From NCBI GenBank assembly GCA_040954595.2, contig CM082577.2, positions 6,188,301-6,252,300 on the forward strand: a stretch of 64,000 bases of DNA. Reading direction: 5' to 3'. This DNA is from Balanoglossus misakiensis. Its lineage: Eukaryota > Animalia > Hemichordata. A program made the position numbers and the translations under genes. This document shows positions 11,932-26,400 of the stretch, piece after piece. Each line of letters starts with the position of its first letter. Position 1 is the first letter of the stretch. The notes under the pieces were generated by a model that did no database searches, was not told the origin of the DNA, and was given only the letters and a program-made list of their open reading frames with translations.

Positions 11932-14900
11932 TTATTCTTCAATCAGCTTGAGAACTTTTCCAATGGCAATCGTTCTACCTGTAATACAGAAAGAAAATAA
12001 ATATAGTGTGTGCAAAAAATACTTTGCTCGTTTGTTCGACACCCCAGCAGATTACACCATCATTGTGAGCCAAATTAGGGTTTCAATAATTCCAAAATGG
12101 CAATACGCCCATACAGACTGATTTTCCCCCCAGCTTACCTTCGTCTCTTAATGTAAATCTTCCCATCTGTGGGAAATCTTTAAATGTTTCTATACAAATG
12201 ATCCCTGCAGTTTCTAGTCTTGCAATTACAACTTGATCTTGTTTGACAAATCTAGGCTTCTGTTTGCTTCTAGTTCCTGTTTTCTTGTCAATAAGACCTA
12301 GGAGTGACTGCAAAAAGAAGAAGACGACGACGAGAAATATAATGCAGTAGTCTGGTTAACAAGGGTGTCACTTTTGACCATTTTGTGTGTGTGTGTGTGT
12401 GTGCGTGTGCGTGCGTTCATGCTGTCTGTCTGTCCACACAAATATGTCCATATTTGCATGATATACATTCATCTATACACAGCAAAATGTTTAGGGACTG
12501 CATAGAAAATATAATTTTTTTTTCAGAGAAAATTGGACTTCCAAAGAGGCAAACAGTTGTGAAAGGATTCAGGTAATGTACTTACCACAAGTTGAACTTC
12601 TTCTACACAATTATGAATGTGCATAACAGCATTGAAACCAGGACAGATGATAGATTTATATTCTATAACAACAATCTGTGAGAAACAATTCAATTAGAAG
12701 CAGATCATGACAGATATTTCTGCTTTCGACACTTGTCTGAATAGTGGTTTGGTTTCTGAAAGTTGAAACGTTCCCTACACACCGGTTGTCAAAGATTTTG
12801 TGCTGTGCTGGATAAATTCTCTTTCTGTTTTGCAAAACTGAAAGATTTCAGATGTGGGACCCAATTCGCAGTCTGCAAGAACACGGGTCTCACACTCTCA
12901 CTCGCTTCCTCGTGTGGTGGTGGGGTCCATTTGTATATCAAACAAGATGATGTACCCGGATTTTGTGGGCAGTACAACCAAAAAGCTGATGTTCTGCCGC
13001 AGAGGAACTTACCTGAGCATCAAAGACCTTGCCCGTGTGGCATAAACTGATTGTATCACAGACGACAAATCCAGGTAAAACATCCTGCAGACGACAAGAT
13101 AATGCAAGGGGTAACAAATATGACCGCAAATAAACGTTTTGACAATTGTGTACCGAAGCCACAGTGGCTAAGTCACCAAATCCACAACATCATTTCCACT
13201 GGTCAATATTATTCGACAGTTCTTTATCAGTGCGGAAAATTCTTTGATAGGATGCGAATCTAACCTCTTCCTCCACGCCTTTGACCTTGATTTTGACGTT
13301 CTCTCCTGTAAGCGCCGTGACCACGTCCTTTTCATCTGAAATTATCCCAAGCACTTCCACTGGAGTCTAAGAAGAAAGGAAGTCACGCCATGAAATGAAT
13401 CTGCGACCACTCTTCTTTCAAATGGTGAACACACACTTGCTCAGGTTCATGTGTCTATGTGCAATACTTTGCAATCTCTCAGTGATACGCACAAGAGAAC
13501 TACAGTTTTTCCCAGCACTGTAATGCAGGGCAATTTTCTGCAGATTGACTCGAGGAAGCAGAAAATTAACTGCAAGCATTTACAAAACTAATCTTTCCCC
13601 AGGAAAAAAAGAACAAGTTACATCACTGCCCTGTTTTGACTACAAATAATTTTTTTTATTCTGTAGATCCTTTAATACTTACTTTATTAGGCATGAGGAT
13701 AACTGATTGGCTTTTGGAAATACTGCCAGATTCCACTTTTCCGAGTAAAATAGTGCCCATATCCTGCAATGAAAATGAAATCATATCAATGCTGATAATG
13801 AGAAGTACATGCAGATCATGTTAGAAATTAACCGAAAACTTTGGAAATGTCAAGTCTGCCAGAAATTCTTCTTGTATGGGAGGGAGGCCGAGTGTCTTAT
13901 TTTGTACAAACTTGTCTTCAATGAGCAACCTGGGGGGTCGCATTGCTTACTTTGTATTTGTTCGCGACCGGCAGCCTGAGTGGGCCATCCGAACATCTGG
14001 TTAGTGGTGGTAGGGCTTCCAAATATGGAATAAACGCTGGACCTCTGAAAGACAGACATCAAGAACGACATCACTCTCAACTGAAAGATTCTTAAATGAT
14101 GACACCTGCACTTCGTTGAATCAATCAGTCTGCATTATTTTGGCACAACTCTGCAATCTGACGTGCTGGTCAACCTTAGATAAATACGTCCACCCATGCA
14201 CACGATATATAATTCCATAAAGAATTTATTACAAAGGTGTACAACCACTATACTGACGTACAGGGTAACAAGTGCAAAAATAATGTATATACAGTATGGC
14301 TGTCAAAACACCAAATAACGAAATGACAACTTACGTGTACCACTCACAAAGTTCCCCGGACAACACTTTGAGATTGGCGCCCGTCATTCCTGAGACGGGA
14401 ATGAAAAAAACATCTTTCTTTGGATTAAAACCAACTTTTTTCAAAAAGGGAATAAGTTTTTCTTTGCATTCTTCGAACCTGCGCAAAAAAATATAAAAAG
14501 AAATTGAGATTTTATAACAGCATATAAAAATAAAATAAGTGACCAAAACTTTGTACCTTTGTAGGAACATTGAAAATATTCATGTAACAAGCCCACTGAT
14601 TGGCTTAAAAGACATACATTTCATCAGAATGGCCAATAGGGGAACAGCTTACCTTGATTCCGCCCACTCCACTGTGGGATCATCCATTTTATTGATTAAT
14701 ACTATTAAATGTTTGACTCCAGCTGTCTTCGCTAACATTGCATGCTCCCTTGTTTGGCCGCCACGTTCAAAGCCAGTTTCAAATTCTCCTTTACGGGCAG
14801 AAATTACCTGTTGGTTAGGACACATTTCACAGTGAAATATCAGTTTTCACCACTTTGATCAACAAACTGAGCTGCCAACTGATAGAATGTGACTCGACGT

Positions 14901-17900
14901 TTTTAGAAACTTTTTGAACATATCAGTGATACGACAAAAAGAACTGATTGATTCACTGGGACTTTAAAACCCTTGACTAGAAGAAATCCATAGCACTGAT
15001 CTCCTGTTAAACGACAGAGAATTCCTTGTTGATACTGAACGAGGTTTACTGTTGAGATACACAACACATGTCACTAATACCCTCCTGAAACGATTTTCAA
15101 CGATAACCCTTTTGGATTTGTACACTGCTATGACAGATTATCTGACTGCCAAGCTTTCACAGAAGACACTCTTTGTAGGTTATGTTAAACACTTGACTTA
15201 CTAAGACGGCCAAATCAGCTTGCGCAGCACCACCGATCATGTTGGGCACAAAGCTTCGATGTCCCGGCGCATCGAGAATTGTGAAGTGTTTTTTGTCGGT
15301 TTCAAAACAAGCTCTGCCAACTTCCACAGTTTTCCCCTTGTCCCTCTCCTCTTGATTTGTGTCAAGTGCCCACGACAGATACCTGAAACGCACAAATTAT
15401 TCAAATTACAATATGTGCAGTGACACACACACAGCTAGCTGCAGTTCATGTAAAAGAGGTTTCTGTCAAAGCGAACATACATTATCTCTGCCACCATCAG
15501 TGACTGACTTACCAACTTTCTCTGTTCTTTTCTTTGGCTTCTCGTTCATATTTTTCTAAAGTACGTTTATCAACCCCTCCTGTAAGGTACCTGAAATAGG
15601 GGGAAAAAGAAACCATGTTCTATATTATCCACGTCACAATCTTTTCAAAAATATGGAGAGTGGCATGGACAGGGGGAAAGGAGGTGCATTTCACCTAAAA
15701 TCACCGGGGGCGCATGTACTAAAGCTTTGCAGCAAAAGTATTTTTGGGATTTCGTACACAGTACTTACATTATGTGTCCCCCAATAGTTGATTTCCCGGC
15801 GTCTGTTAAAAAAAAAAAAAACGGGAGAAAAGAGTACACATTACCCATGCAAGCTCAACACAATTGAACAAATACAAACACGCTAGTGGGCAACCCCCAA
15901 CATCTCTTCAGTTTTTAAGTTGCCGAATACACGATAGCTTCTCGTAGAACTTTATCTAGCATCAAACGGCAAGCACTAGTACTAGTAGCAGAAGAGAAAG
16001 CAACCGGCAGGCGGCATGACAACACAGAGCAAATTGTTCTAGGACAGTTACCCCCTGGACAGTTGACCACCAAGACACTTACCCCAAGCCTATGCCCGAC
16101 AGGGGTGGAAGAAAGGGGGATGTCAGGGGGTGAACACCCTAGCTCCACTTCAACTTACCTACATGCCCGATGAATACAACATTGACGTGTTCTTTTAAAA
16201 GCCTATCATCGTCGTCGTCGTCTTCTTCCACTTGTTTGGATTTCTTCTTGTCTGCCACAGTTGCCCTGATCGGGGCCTCTTCCACCTCAGGCTCTTCCAC
16301 AGTTTTTTCCTCTGGTCCATTTTCTGCAGCGTTTTGAAAATGAACAACTTCAGAATGTCTACTCGTACGACTGGGTCTAAACCAACCAAGATAAAAGAAC
16401 TTGGATGCATGCACTATGGACAAAATTTGCAAACAAAAATGCAAACACGAAGAACGTCGATATCAATTTACCGTTTACATCCTCTTCAGTTTTCTCTGCA
16501 CACTCAGGCTTTTCGGTTTCAACTTCTTCTTCTTCTGTGATATCAAACAAATGTTTCAATGATGACATGACATGTTTGAAGACAAACATCGTGATTCTGC
16601 CACTTCAATACATGTCCACTAATTTCAGTAAATTGGAATATGCACAGCTTAAAATCAGAAGGAAATTGAATTGTTGCTGACACCATATTTCTCTCTTGGT
16701 TTAGGGTCAAACATGCCAATTATTGTTTGCCAACCTCTGATAACCTCCGACCATTGAAAAGTCAATTAAACGCATTCTTAACTCACTCCAGACAACACTG
16801 AGTACATCTGGCATTCTGATCTCACTGACAATTAAAAGGCGGAAAAGGAATATTTTCTTTCATATGTACTGTCAGGCACTGCTGTGAAACATATCCAGAA
16901 TTTTAATTCAAAGCATACATGTATAATATAATATTTTATCCTCTCTGAAGAATGGCCTAGCTGTGCATCTAGATGCCACAAATTCTACCATCATGTACAT
17001 GTAAGTGGTGGACAGATCCCCCCCCCCCCCACTCCCCTCCTCCCAATGTTTGTCTTTAGCAGAATACTATTTACCATTTTTGCTTGAGATGGGGAGAGCT
17101 AATAAAATTGTCAATATAAGACAACCTCCTATTTGAAAAGTAAAAGCTTGACACGCTTGCTTGCATTACTCAATGTAAATCTATTACAAGCTACAATCAA
17201 GTCATCATGAATCACCTCCTTTCGAAAACAGTGCCCTCACACACCAAATTCAAAGGTTTTACTATTAATTCTAACAGCCCCTGCCAGATATGGTGTCCCC
17301 CCCCCCAACAAAGATTAAATTACACTTGCCTGGTTCAGTGTTAGCTGCCTTGCTGGCATCTCCTGTGGCTGGTGGAGTGATATCCCCTGTTGGCTCACTT
17401 GATTCTGCACTGGGTTCATCTCCTGCCAAGGATACAGAAAAACTCAATGCCAAACATACATTCTGATTGAACATAGGTAAGTACTCTTACAGTGACATAA
17501 ACCATGGATACATGTATCAGCTCATTCCCCCAACCCTTAAATCTTCCGCGGGGGGGGGGGGGGGTCAAGTCTAGTCAGGATCTAATTGACAGTTTTCTCT
17601 CCATATTTTTCATAAGTTGTCAGAAATTAACATAACGCATGGCCATTTGTGTTTAAAGGCACACTATTACTTCGCGTCCCAACTCATTTAAAGACCCTTC
17701 AAAGTTTCATCCGCCAACATTTTCCAAAAATGTGGAACACCAGGTTTTCTGTCGAATGCAAATAAACACATGGCAACATGTTCAATTCAATGACAAATCA
17801 GAAGGCTAGTCTGAGTAGGCAAGATGCAGTGCAGGCCTTCGCTTAGGCGCCCTTGAGGTAAACAAACAAAAGGTTTCTGTTTTTCGTTGTCGTCCGACTC

Positions 17901-18119
17901 CATTTTCCTACCTGACGTCTCTGTCGACGATTTTGCAGTGAATGAAGGCACGAATGCGGGCGCGTTCACGTTTGTTCCGGGGACAAATGGCGCAGCATGT
18001 ACGTTCAGTCCTTGCAACTGGTCGTCCAGCTCAGACGCTTCGTCTCGATCACCTGGCCCAGGATCTTCCTGCTGATCCCAACTCTCCAACTCACCTCCCT
18101 GATTATCTTGTGGATCCAT
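11932..18119 (-). CDS. GSPT1: Eukaryotic peptide chain release factor GTP-binding subunit eRF3
   Basis: About 16 exons from MDPQDNQ (ATG 18119) to [15 protein letters not shown]. Contains PAM2 motifs, G1 [41 protein letters not shown]. Confidence 0.96.
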
Positions 18120-18713
18120 CTGGCGACTAAAACACCTATAAATCGGGAAAATATGGAATTTTCGTACAGCTGGAAACTTTCTCTCCTTTGACAAAATTAT
18201 AACACCGCGTGGAAATGATGACGTCACAGACATGCGCAACGTTGTGAAATCGTGTGGCCTGTTGGATACTTGGAGTTCTTTGATCTTTGTTTTCACCGGA
18301 TAACTGTCAAAATTGTTACTTAACAGTAAACTAAACAGCTTGAATCAAATAAAATTAGCGTTATCGAGGAAAATACGGTAAAATTGTGTCTTGACACTTA
18401 CTTTGTCCGTTCCAAAAGGCTCCAGTCAGCTGATTCGATGATTCAAGATGGCGGAAGGAGAGCAGTGAGTTTACGTTCGATCACGAACTGCGACCGCATT
18501 GCGTACTCGAGCAAAACTTACGCAAATCGTCCCTTCATCTGGTGATCTGGCATTTGCGATGACGACGGTCAAATGAAAGGAATTGTTGGATCAGTCAATT
18601 AATCGCCATATTTATCCCAAAAAAGAAGTTACTGACCGGATATGACGAGTTCATAGAGCTGGACCGATTATCTCTCAGACATCAACAAACTCAGAATCTG
18701 TGATAACAGAAAT
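18120..18713. promoter_or_regulatory. Bidirectional promoter/5'UTRs of GSPT1 and MOSMO
   Basis: Divergent starts ~600 bp apart; CRE TGACGTCA at 18219-26, NRF1-like CATGCGCA at 18231-38, YY1-like AAGATGGCGG at 18445-54. Confidence 0.7.
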
Positions 18714-19947
18714 ATGGATAAACTTACGTTGATTTCTGGGTGCCTGTTTTTTACTGCAGATATCTTTGCAATTGCAAGTTTAGCAAATCCAGAATGGATT
18801 ATCACTGAAGTGGCAGGTAGGTGGCAGCACTTGTCACATTGGGGGGGGGGGGGGGGGGGGGAGATAGGGAACTCCAGGTGATCCTGGCAAGGGGAATGTT
18901 TGCCCCCCCCCCTGTACCATATACCTCAAGGACATACGAATACCTCCAACACACACTGCCTGTCTATCCAGACAGACATGGCAAATGTTGGTCATTGAGG
19001 TAGATGTACAAAAGGTTGATGTATTTTGAAGACTACTTTTCCAAATGATTTTTCTCATGTCAAATAGATGGACAAACTTGCAATGTTTTGTGGTGTAGAG
19101 ACATTATCTTCAAGTTCTACTGCAGTGCTAAAGATGGGAATTTCTTGAATAGTGACAAAATGAAGGAAAGTGTGAAACTTGTTTGTCAGGACTAAACCAC
19201 CTTTATCGTTTGACAGGTGCCATTAAAACTGTCAAGTTCCCATCGACCAAATAAATCTTGAATTTCTTTTCGTCGTTTTGTTTTGTATCGCTAGGCAAGG
19301 TACGTATAGGACTGACATGGCAGTGTCAGACCATTTATGGACGTGAGCCAGTGTGTACAGGACCGCATCTATCACCTGAGTGGATGACCACGTTGCTGTT
19401 TATTCTGTTGGGAATCATTTGTCTGACAGTGACGTGGATATTACTCATTGTGTCGCATTGGAAACCGGTAGTTTTGAAGTATGCCAGGTGGATTGCTTTT
19501 ACTGGAAGTAAGTCACATTGTGGGGTGTGTAATGTTATTTTGTAGGCTAGCCATGTATGTGCGAGCATTATCAGATGTGTTATTACATATAAAGGGTGTG
19601 TGTGTGTGTGTGTGTGTGTGAAAAGAGAAAGTTTTTAGGGGGAAGGAGAAAGAGAAAAAGGATGATATTACTTTGATCAGATGTATTTTAGTATTTATTT
19701 TCTAACATCTCTGCATCTATATTTGAATTCACCAACACAACATTTTCCTATCCTTTCAGTGGTGTTGTTCTGTCTGGCTGCCCTCATTTTCCCAATTGGA
19801 TTCTACATGGACGAGATCGGTGGGCAACCGTACAAACTTCCCAGCAACGTACAAGTCGGATCTTCCTATGTACTCTTCGTCATGTCCATATTTTTCACCA
19901 TCATATCCGAACTGTTTGCGGGGAAGGTCTGTCTTCCGATGATCTGA
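18714..19947 (+). CDS. MOSMO: Modulator of Smoothened (C16orf52/Atthog), tetraspan, 167 aa
   Basis: Exons 18714-18816, 19295-19507 and 19760-19947 total 504 nt. MDKLTLISGCLF...ANPEWI, GLTWQCQTI, FPIGFY..EIGGQPYKLP, FAGKVCLP. AATAAA at ~19966. Confidence 0.93.
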
Positions 19948-22900
19948 AGCAATACAGGCTCACTGAATAAAGCTGTGCTGCACTGTGGTGCGCCCAGGGT
20001 TTGTATATCGAGGCTGGTCAGCGACATTTTTGGAAACAGCATAGTAGTATGCATATTAATTACTCTGACCTGTAGGTCAGTCCTTGCAACAATTTTGTGT
20101 GCTCTCAATCTTGACCTGTCCATTGAAATGTGATTTTGAAAGAAAGAATGTTGACCTTATTTTTTGCATAATGATTACAACATATGGTAAAATAGCTATA
20201 GATATTGAGTGACTGTCATGAAAATGTTTTTAAGGAAACTTTTTTTTATATTCGGGACAACATATGAGTCTATTCTGTCTTTAATGTATGTACTGAGGTG
20301 TAGGAAGCAAATTTAAGTCAAAAAAGACTAAACACTGAAGAAAAGTGCTAGTTACAATAGCGTTTGGTGCCAGATTAAAAGTATGTCTGGTGACATTTTA
20401 CTTTTAGCCTCGAAGATACTCATCATGAACTATATGAACTTATTTAACATTTACAATTCAAACTTAATCTCTCATTCAGTACCTTGTACATTTTCTATTA
20501 TTTATTCTGTATACAAGTCACATTGTTGACCCTTTGCTTAGGATTTTTTTTTATAAACAAATATTATTTGATGTTTTAGTAGTAGCAGGTTATTCCACAG
20601 ATTTTATTTTCCACAAATCATGTTGGAGATTTTGAAAATCTCTCAAACAAAACCACATAATGCACATTTTAATTTTAAAGCAAACAGTATGATTGAATTT
20701 TAGCTCACTTGTTCATACACATGTACAAAGTCTTTTGATTATGTGGCTGTTAATTGTGCACTTTACTAATTATCGAAGATAGTCAGTGTCTGTATACAGG
20801 TATGCATATTCTAGAGGTCATAGGTCATGTCAATCTTCCATCCAAGTCTGGCTGGGTGCAGTGAAAAATACCCAGAGCATTCAGTTACATTGATTCTATT
20901 GTTTTCTTTTCTGAGAATTAATTTATCTTGTACATAGTCCTGATACAATTTCTTGAAGAACGTGTTTGCTATTTTTTGTTTTTGCTTATTTTTTAAATAA
21001 AGACTACATTCATCTGTGAATGATGAGGAATTTGGTGAGTTGTGTTTTAGTATGTACAATCAGAGGTGTGTATGTGTAACATGAACTTTCCACAGCAAGG
21101 GTGACTTTGCCTCGTGTCCCATATGTTTTGGCAACTGCCAATCCTTAGAGCCATAGATCTTTCCTTCAGTGACTGCCTTGGGTGTGGCTTGCTAGACTGC
21201 TCAAATGCCATGATCCCACAGCTTAGAAGAAAACAATGACACTTTGCATCTGGATCCTTGATGTTGTTTCTTCTGGTGCAATGTTCAATAGACACATTGC
21301 CTGTGCACACATCTGCATTGTCTTGTTCAGGTGTATCATCAAATGGCCAGTACATGGTGTATTTAGTTTACCAAGACAAGCCCATGTATGTACAATCATC
21401 AAGGTTATTGTTGAAAACTGAATTCAAAGATTCGTTTGCCAACACACACACTATTTCAAATTTAAAATACTTAAAGAAAATGACACACTTGCACACAGGT
21501 TTTTCTGAAAAGTTACTGTATTGAAAATAGTCTGATATTGTCGAAGTGAAAAAAAAATACTTCAACAGATATGTCCATATGATACAAAAGTCATTCGGGA
21601 GATTGGTGTAAAGGGCACATATTTTAAAACACTTGAACCTGCATCCCAGTGGACAGGAAGGTTGCAATTGGATGTAAATGCAAAACACATTTGAATAACT
21701 ATGCATATTTTTACACCGAGAGACTTACAAGGTTTAATGTATTCTGCATAAAATAGCTCCTGGCCCTGGGAAGGTTGGAGGGATGTAAGAATAATAGTCG
21801 ACAAAAATAAGTTATCTTTTTGACACAGATGTGATTCCCATATTGGTAATATTAATACTGTTTCTGACTAACATGACTGCATCAAATGCAGCATAGGTAC
21901 TGTCAAAGAGTGTACCAATATTGTTTCTTTTTACACAGTTACCTCTTCAAAAACAAACATCGCTTTCTACCAAGTCCAAAAAAAGGTCAGGATATGCAAA
22001 TAAAACTGAGCATAGTTTGTGGGTAGTGGGCCGTGCCTGATACAAATTCACATCATTGAGGCACAATCACCCTTTAATCATTCACAAAACAGAATGAAAC
22101 CACCAAACTGTTCAAGTTGGTCATCATCTGAAGAGCGTTCTGCCGTTACTTGAATTGGAACCCAAACGACTTTCTACAAAATTGTGAAACTGTTATTAAA
22201 TAATACATCAGATCCAGGATTTCTGAGAGTTTCCGCTTACACTGAGATGTTCAAATCTTAACTATTTCTAAAAAATAAAACTGACGGTGTCACCCCTAAA
22301 CTCACTGTATCAACTAAGTACACAATACAAAAAAATGGCAGTTTCAGAGAATACCGAGAGTGTAGGAGGAAATAAAATGAAAATTCTTGCCGTAAAAGGG
22401 TCACAAGAATGTAGCTGCCAGTCAACTTAATACCAAGGTGAAGAATGTTTTCCGGTACATTTGCCAGAGTATAGTTTCTGTGTCTGTGTAATATGTCGCA
22501 TCATTTGGATATGAAAACTCATGCAAAATCTGAGTAAATGCTTCCCTGGGATCCCAAATCACGAAGGTTTCTGATTAGAATGTGACACGTTTTTTTCTTC
22601 TGTATACTTCAACCACATATTAAGTCAAAACTTCTCCCAAACACCTCTCTGTCAAGAACAGCAGATCCAAACATCCATATTTCTGGCCTGAGAGTTTGTG
22701 TTTCCAGAGGTTAGCTCTAGAATCATTACACAGTAATGATGAATAACGATGAAAAATACTAATTATTATACCCTTTTGTCAGTTATGACTGTGATGTCCG
22801 TACGTTTATAGTCAGTTCACATTTTGCTGTGAAACTTAATCTTTGGATATGCGATTCTCAGAGTGGACAGAAAAATTATGTTAGGCTAGGAACTATTCGC

Positions 22901-23462
22901 AGGGTGATGGGTGGTTCCATTTATAGGCATACACTACTAGAAAAATTAAAAGTTCCATCGGGACTTCCTGGCAGTTTCTGGTTTAACTGGATCTGCTTCT
23001 TTCTTACTCAAACATTTCATTTCTATACAGAGCTGCTACTACACCTGTGCAAGACTTTAATACCCAGTCAAAAATCTGACTGAAATCTTCTTTCTAAAAA
23101 GTTACAAAACATTCTCAAGTTAAAAAGTTTTCTGTACAAAAAATCTCTGTATAAACAACAATTGTTCTATTTACACATTATAAATATACGTAAAAAAACA
23201 ACAACAGGGAAAATTGAATGGCCATTGGTTATCAGGAGTAGGAATGTAAATCATGTGCTTATTTCCGTGTCATGTTGTACTCTGATTGGCCCACTGAAGG
23301 AGAAGCCACTTGATATCTGACGTCAAAACCACTGCAAAGTCCCATATTGTCACCATAGTGATTTTTATCAGTTCTGGACTTTTTGATGTATATGTCCCGG
23401 GCCTGGTACAACTTTTCCTTTTTTTTATCAAAAAAAAAAAGAAATTCAAACAACCTGATATA

Positions 23463-26400
23463 CTACACAAAGGATGAGAATCCCGGCAAGGGAGCCCTGG
23501 AACCGGCCTGCAAGTGTAACATGCCGTTGGACACGGTGGCTCCGTTGGGATTATAGATGTCCGGTTCGCTGTCTGTGTAGCTGTACGCCTTGGCTGGCCT
23601 CTGCCTCTTCCACGACTGTCTGTGTGGATCCGTCACGTAGTGATTGACGAACGAGTGAGGGTCTTTGAGATCGCTCTCTGGTTCACTGTCACTTGCCTTT
23701 GAATTCAAAGAAGAAAATCAAAATCAGTTTTAGATGTGGTCACTAGTGGCCAAAAGCTCACTCAAGTGTGCATTCACTGTGACTCTTACAGTTACAAATG
23801 ATGAGATAAGAGACTGTATCACTCACCCCTGAGTCTGTTGAATCTCCTAATGAAGATGGCTTTTCTGTTAAAGTACTGCTTTCTGCATCATCATATTTAT
23901 CATACTTTGTCGGGTCCTCGTCCGAGTAGGCTATACTGGCTGGACTGGGACGCGGTGGTTGTCTGGAATATCACAAAGATGAGAAATGACTGTGAACTCC
24001 GATGTAACTAAACAAATCTTCGCCCGCAGCAGTCTTGCTCTCCGAAAAAAAGGACTTTAGGGAGACTGTAGTCGAGCCAACTACCCGTGCGAGCGGACAA
24101 TAAACTAAACACAACATGACATTTACTGCGCTTACCTGCTGTATGCGCTGGTCTCTCGGAGAGGTCTATTGTTTAATTCAAAAGTAGCAAAACCTCCATC
24201 ATCACCTTGTACATGGACATTATCAACACCCTGAAGTTTCCTTCTTTTACCTTCAAAAAAAAAAATACTTAAACGTAAAACGGTGATCATTTTCTTGAGG
24301 GTCAAATAAATTGTACGTGGACCTTTTTGTAGTGATGACATCTCAGATAATTTACTTCTTTGATCATGTTTTCCATTGAAAATGAATCATAATAGGCATT
24401 CCTAAAGATGCAGAGTCACACATCCAGCACAAAAAAACACACACACAACAAAACAAACATTCTTGTGTAGCATGCGGCACACAAACCATCCGGGCAGTAC
24501 GAGCACAAAACTGAACCAATACGGCCGAGCAGGTCTTACCTCTGTATCGTCTGTTTTTACCCAACAGAAACAGCAGAAGTATAAGCATGGTGATGAGCAC
24601 AAAACCAATGGCTCCAATCAGAATCAAGAACCAATACTGATCGTAGATTGCAGAGGGATACGTCACTGAAAAAAGCAATAAACAGAAAAAAATTAGAAGC
24701 TTTATCAGTGGCAAAAGCAAGCAAACCCTTTTGTTCACCATCAGGTCATATAACTGTACAGCCTGTATTGTCAACAATCACAATGTAATTAACAGCGGTT
24801 TCACAGGAAATGAACGGCACTCAGGACACTAGCTTTTTCAAAAGTATTTTTACCTTTGGCTGAAACTGCGGATTCCATACTTGGTAAACTGTAGCTGTGG
24901 GAGTTGACCGCCAACACGCGGAATCGGTATCTGTGGTTTGCTCGTAGATTCCGGAAACTGACGGAATATGATGTGGATGTGGGCGGAATGCTGCTGGCCA
25001 CTTCTTCCCATGCACCAGGACCTAGTGGAGGAGACACAGGGGGAGGGAGGACAGAGTAAGGCATCAGGTTTTGGTAGAATGCGCCACAAAAATCTTGTAT
25101 TTTGCTGAAGGCAACTTTAGATTATTCTCTCTTAAAATAGTGCACTTAAAATTGAGGGGTCAATGTGCAAAATTTCAATGAGAGCACACAATCGTGTCCA
25201 ATTGTCTCAAATTCGAAATTCAAAATGGCCGCCGATCTCTGTGTATATGCATGTCAATGATAAAAACTAAAATCAGCGATTTTCATGAAAACACATCGCC
25301 TTGCATGGCAACACCATACCACATTCACACACACTTATGAATCACATGGTATTAAAGTTGAAAGACATACCATCATAGCCACTCTCTTGTATGGGAAAGC
25401 CTTCAATAACATAATTAGTGAGTGGTGAGCTGCCAGTGTTGTTAGGTGGAGCCCAGGATACGATTGCAGCACTCTTGGTCGTTCTCATACCCAAAAATCT
25501 GGGTGCGTTTGGAGCTCCTGTTATAATGTAAAAAAAAAAAAAATACAGTCAAACTTGTGTTAGTGGCCACCCTTATAATATATGAGACTTGTCTATGGTG
25601 GCCCGTTCACTTTATGGAAGTTCCTGCGCACTTAACATGGAACACAACCCACATGGTGCATTTATACCTACCACTTATGGTAGTGTTTTTTCTACGCCCG
25701 GATCACCTACACTCACCTGGCTGTGGTCCTGTGGTGACATTGCCCTCCCTGGATGGTCCAAAGCCTTTCTCGGTTTTAGCGCGCACACTGAAGTCGTAAG
25801 TTTTCAACTCGGCCAGCTCTGTGGCCCACAGGTAATGTTTGTCTGGGTTTTCACTGTCCACTGTGATGATCTTGCTTGTGCCTGAAAGTGAAATCCAAAC
25901 ATTTAAATGCAATTAAATCAAATTTAAAGGAATTCAACTAAATTTCCATACTAATGTAAGACATTACCGTACTCCAAATAGGTGAACCAGTGAAATGATT
26001 CTCACTTCACAAAATCACAATTCTAGGTCTTTGAATTTTCAAAAATTACAGTTACATTCATTTTCACTCACAGCTGACAAGACTACACACTGTATGAAGC
26101 AACACCATGGTGATGATAGAAAGATAATGGTTCAACAACATCAACCTGACAAATGTTGGATATAAATTCGATGGTGTTGCCACCTCTACAGGAAAGACAT
26201 TGACAAGACAAAGACACATACCTTCTATCGGCTCTGCTGGTTGGTATATAATCTGATAGCCTACTATGACCCCATTGGGTCTGCTAGGAGGTGTCCAGGT
26301 CACGTTGACAGCATTCATGGTTATCTTGGCGAAGATCAACACTCCCGGTGCTTCAGGACCTGTCACACAGGGTACATAATAACAATCAGAACATCAATCA

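Noticed and set aside
11929-11934. Tandem TAA-TAG stop in a release-factor gene as autoregulatory readthrough
   Set aside because: Tandem stops are common; no readthrough context or extension.
14094-14165. C/D-box snoRNA-like ATGATGA...CTGA in a GSPT1 intron
   Set aside because: Boxes lie antisense to the host gene; no terminal stem or recognisable guide.
25140-25300. Probable TE fragments (also ~5060-6120, 25544-25620, 59915-60000)
   Set aside because: Repeat-like, but both termini and a TSD could not be defined by eye.
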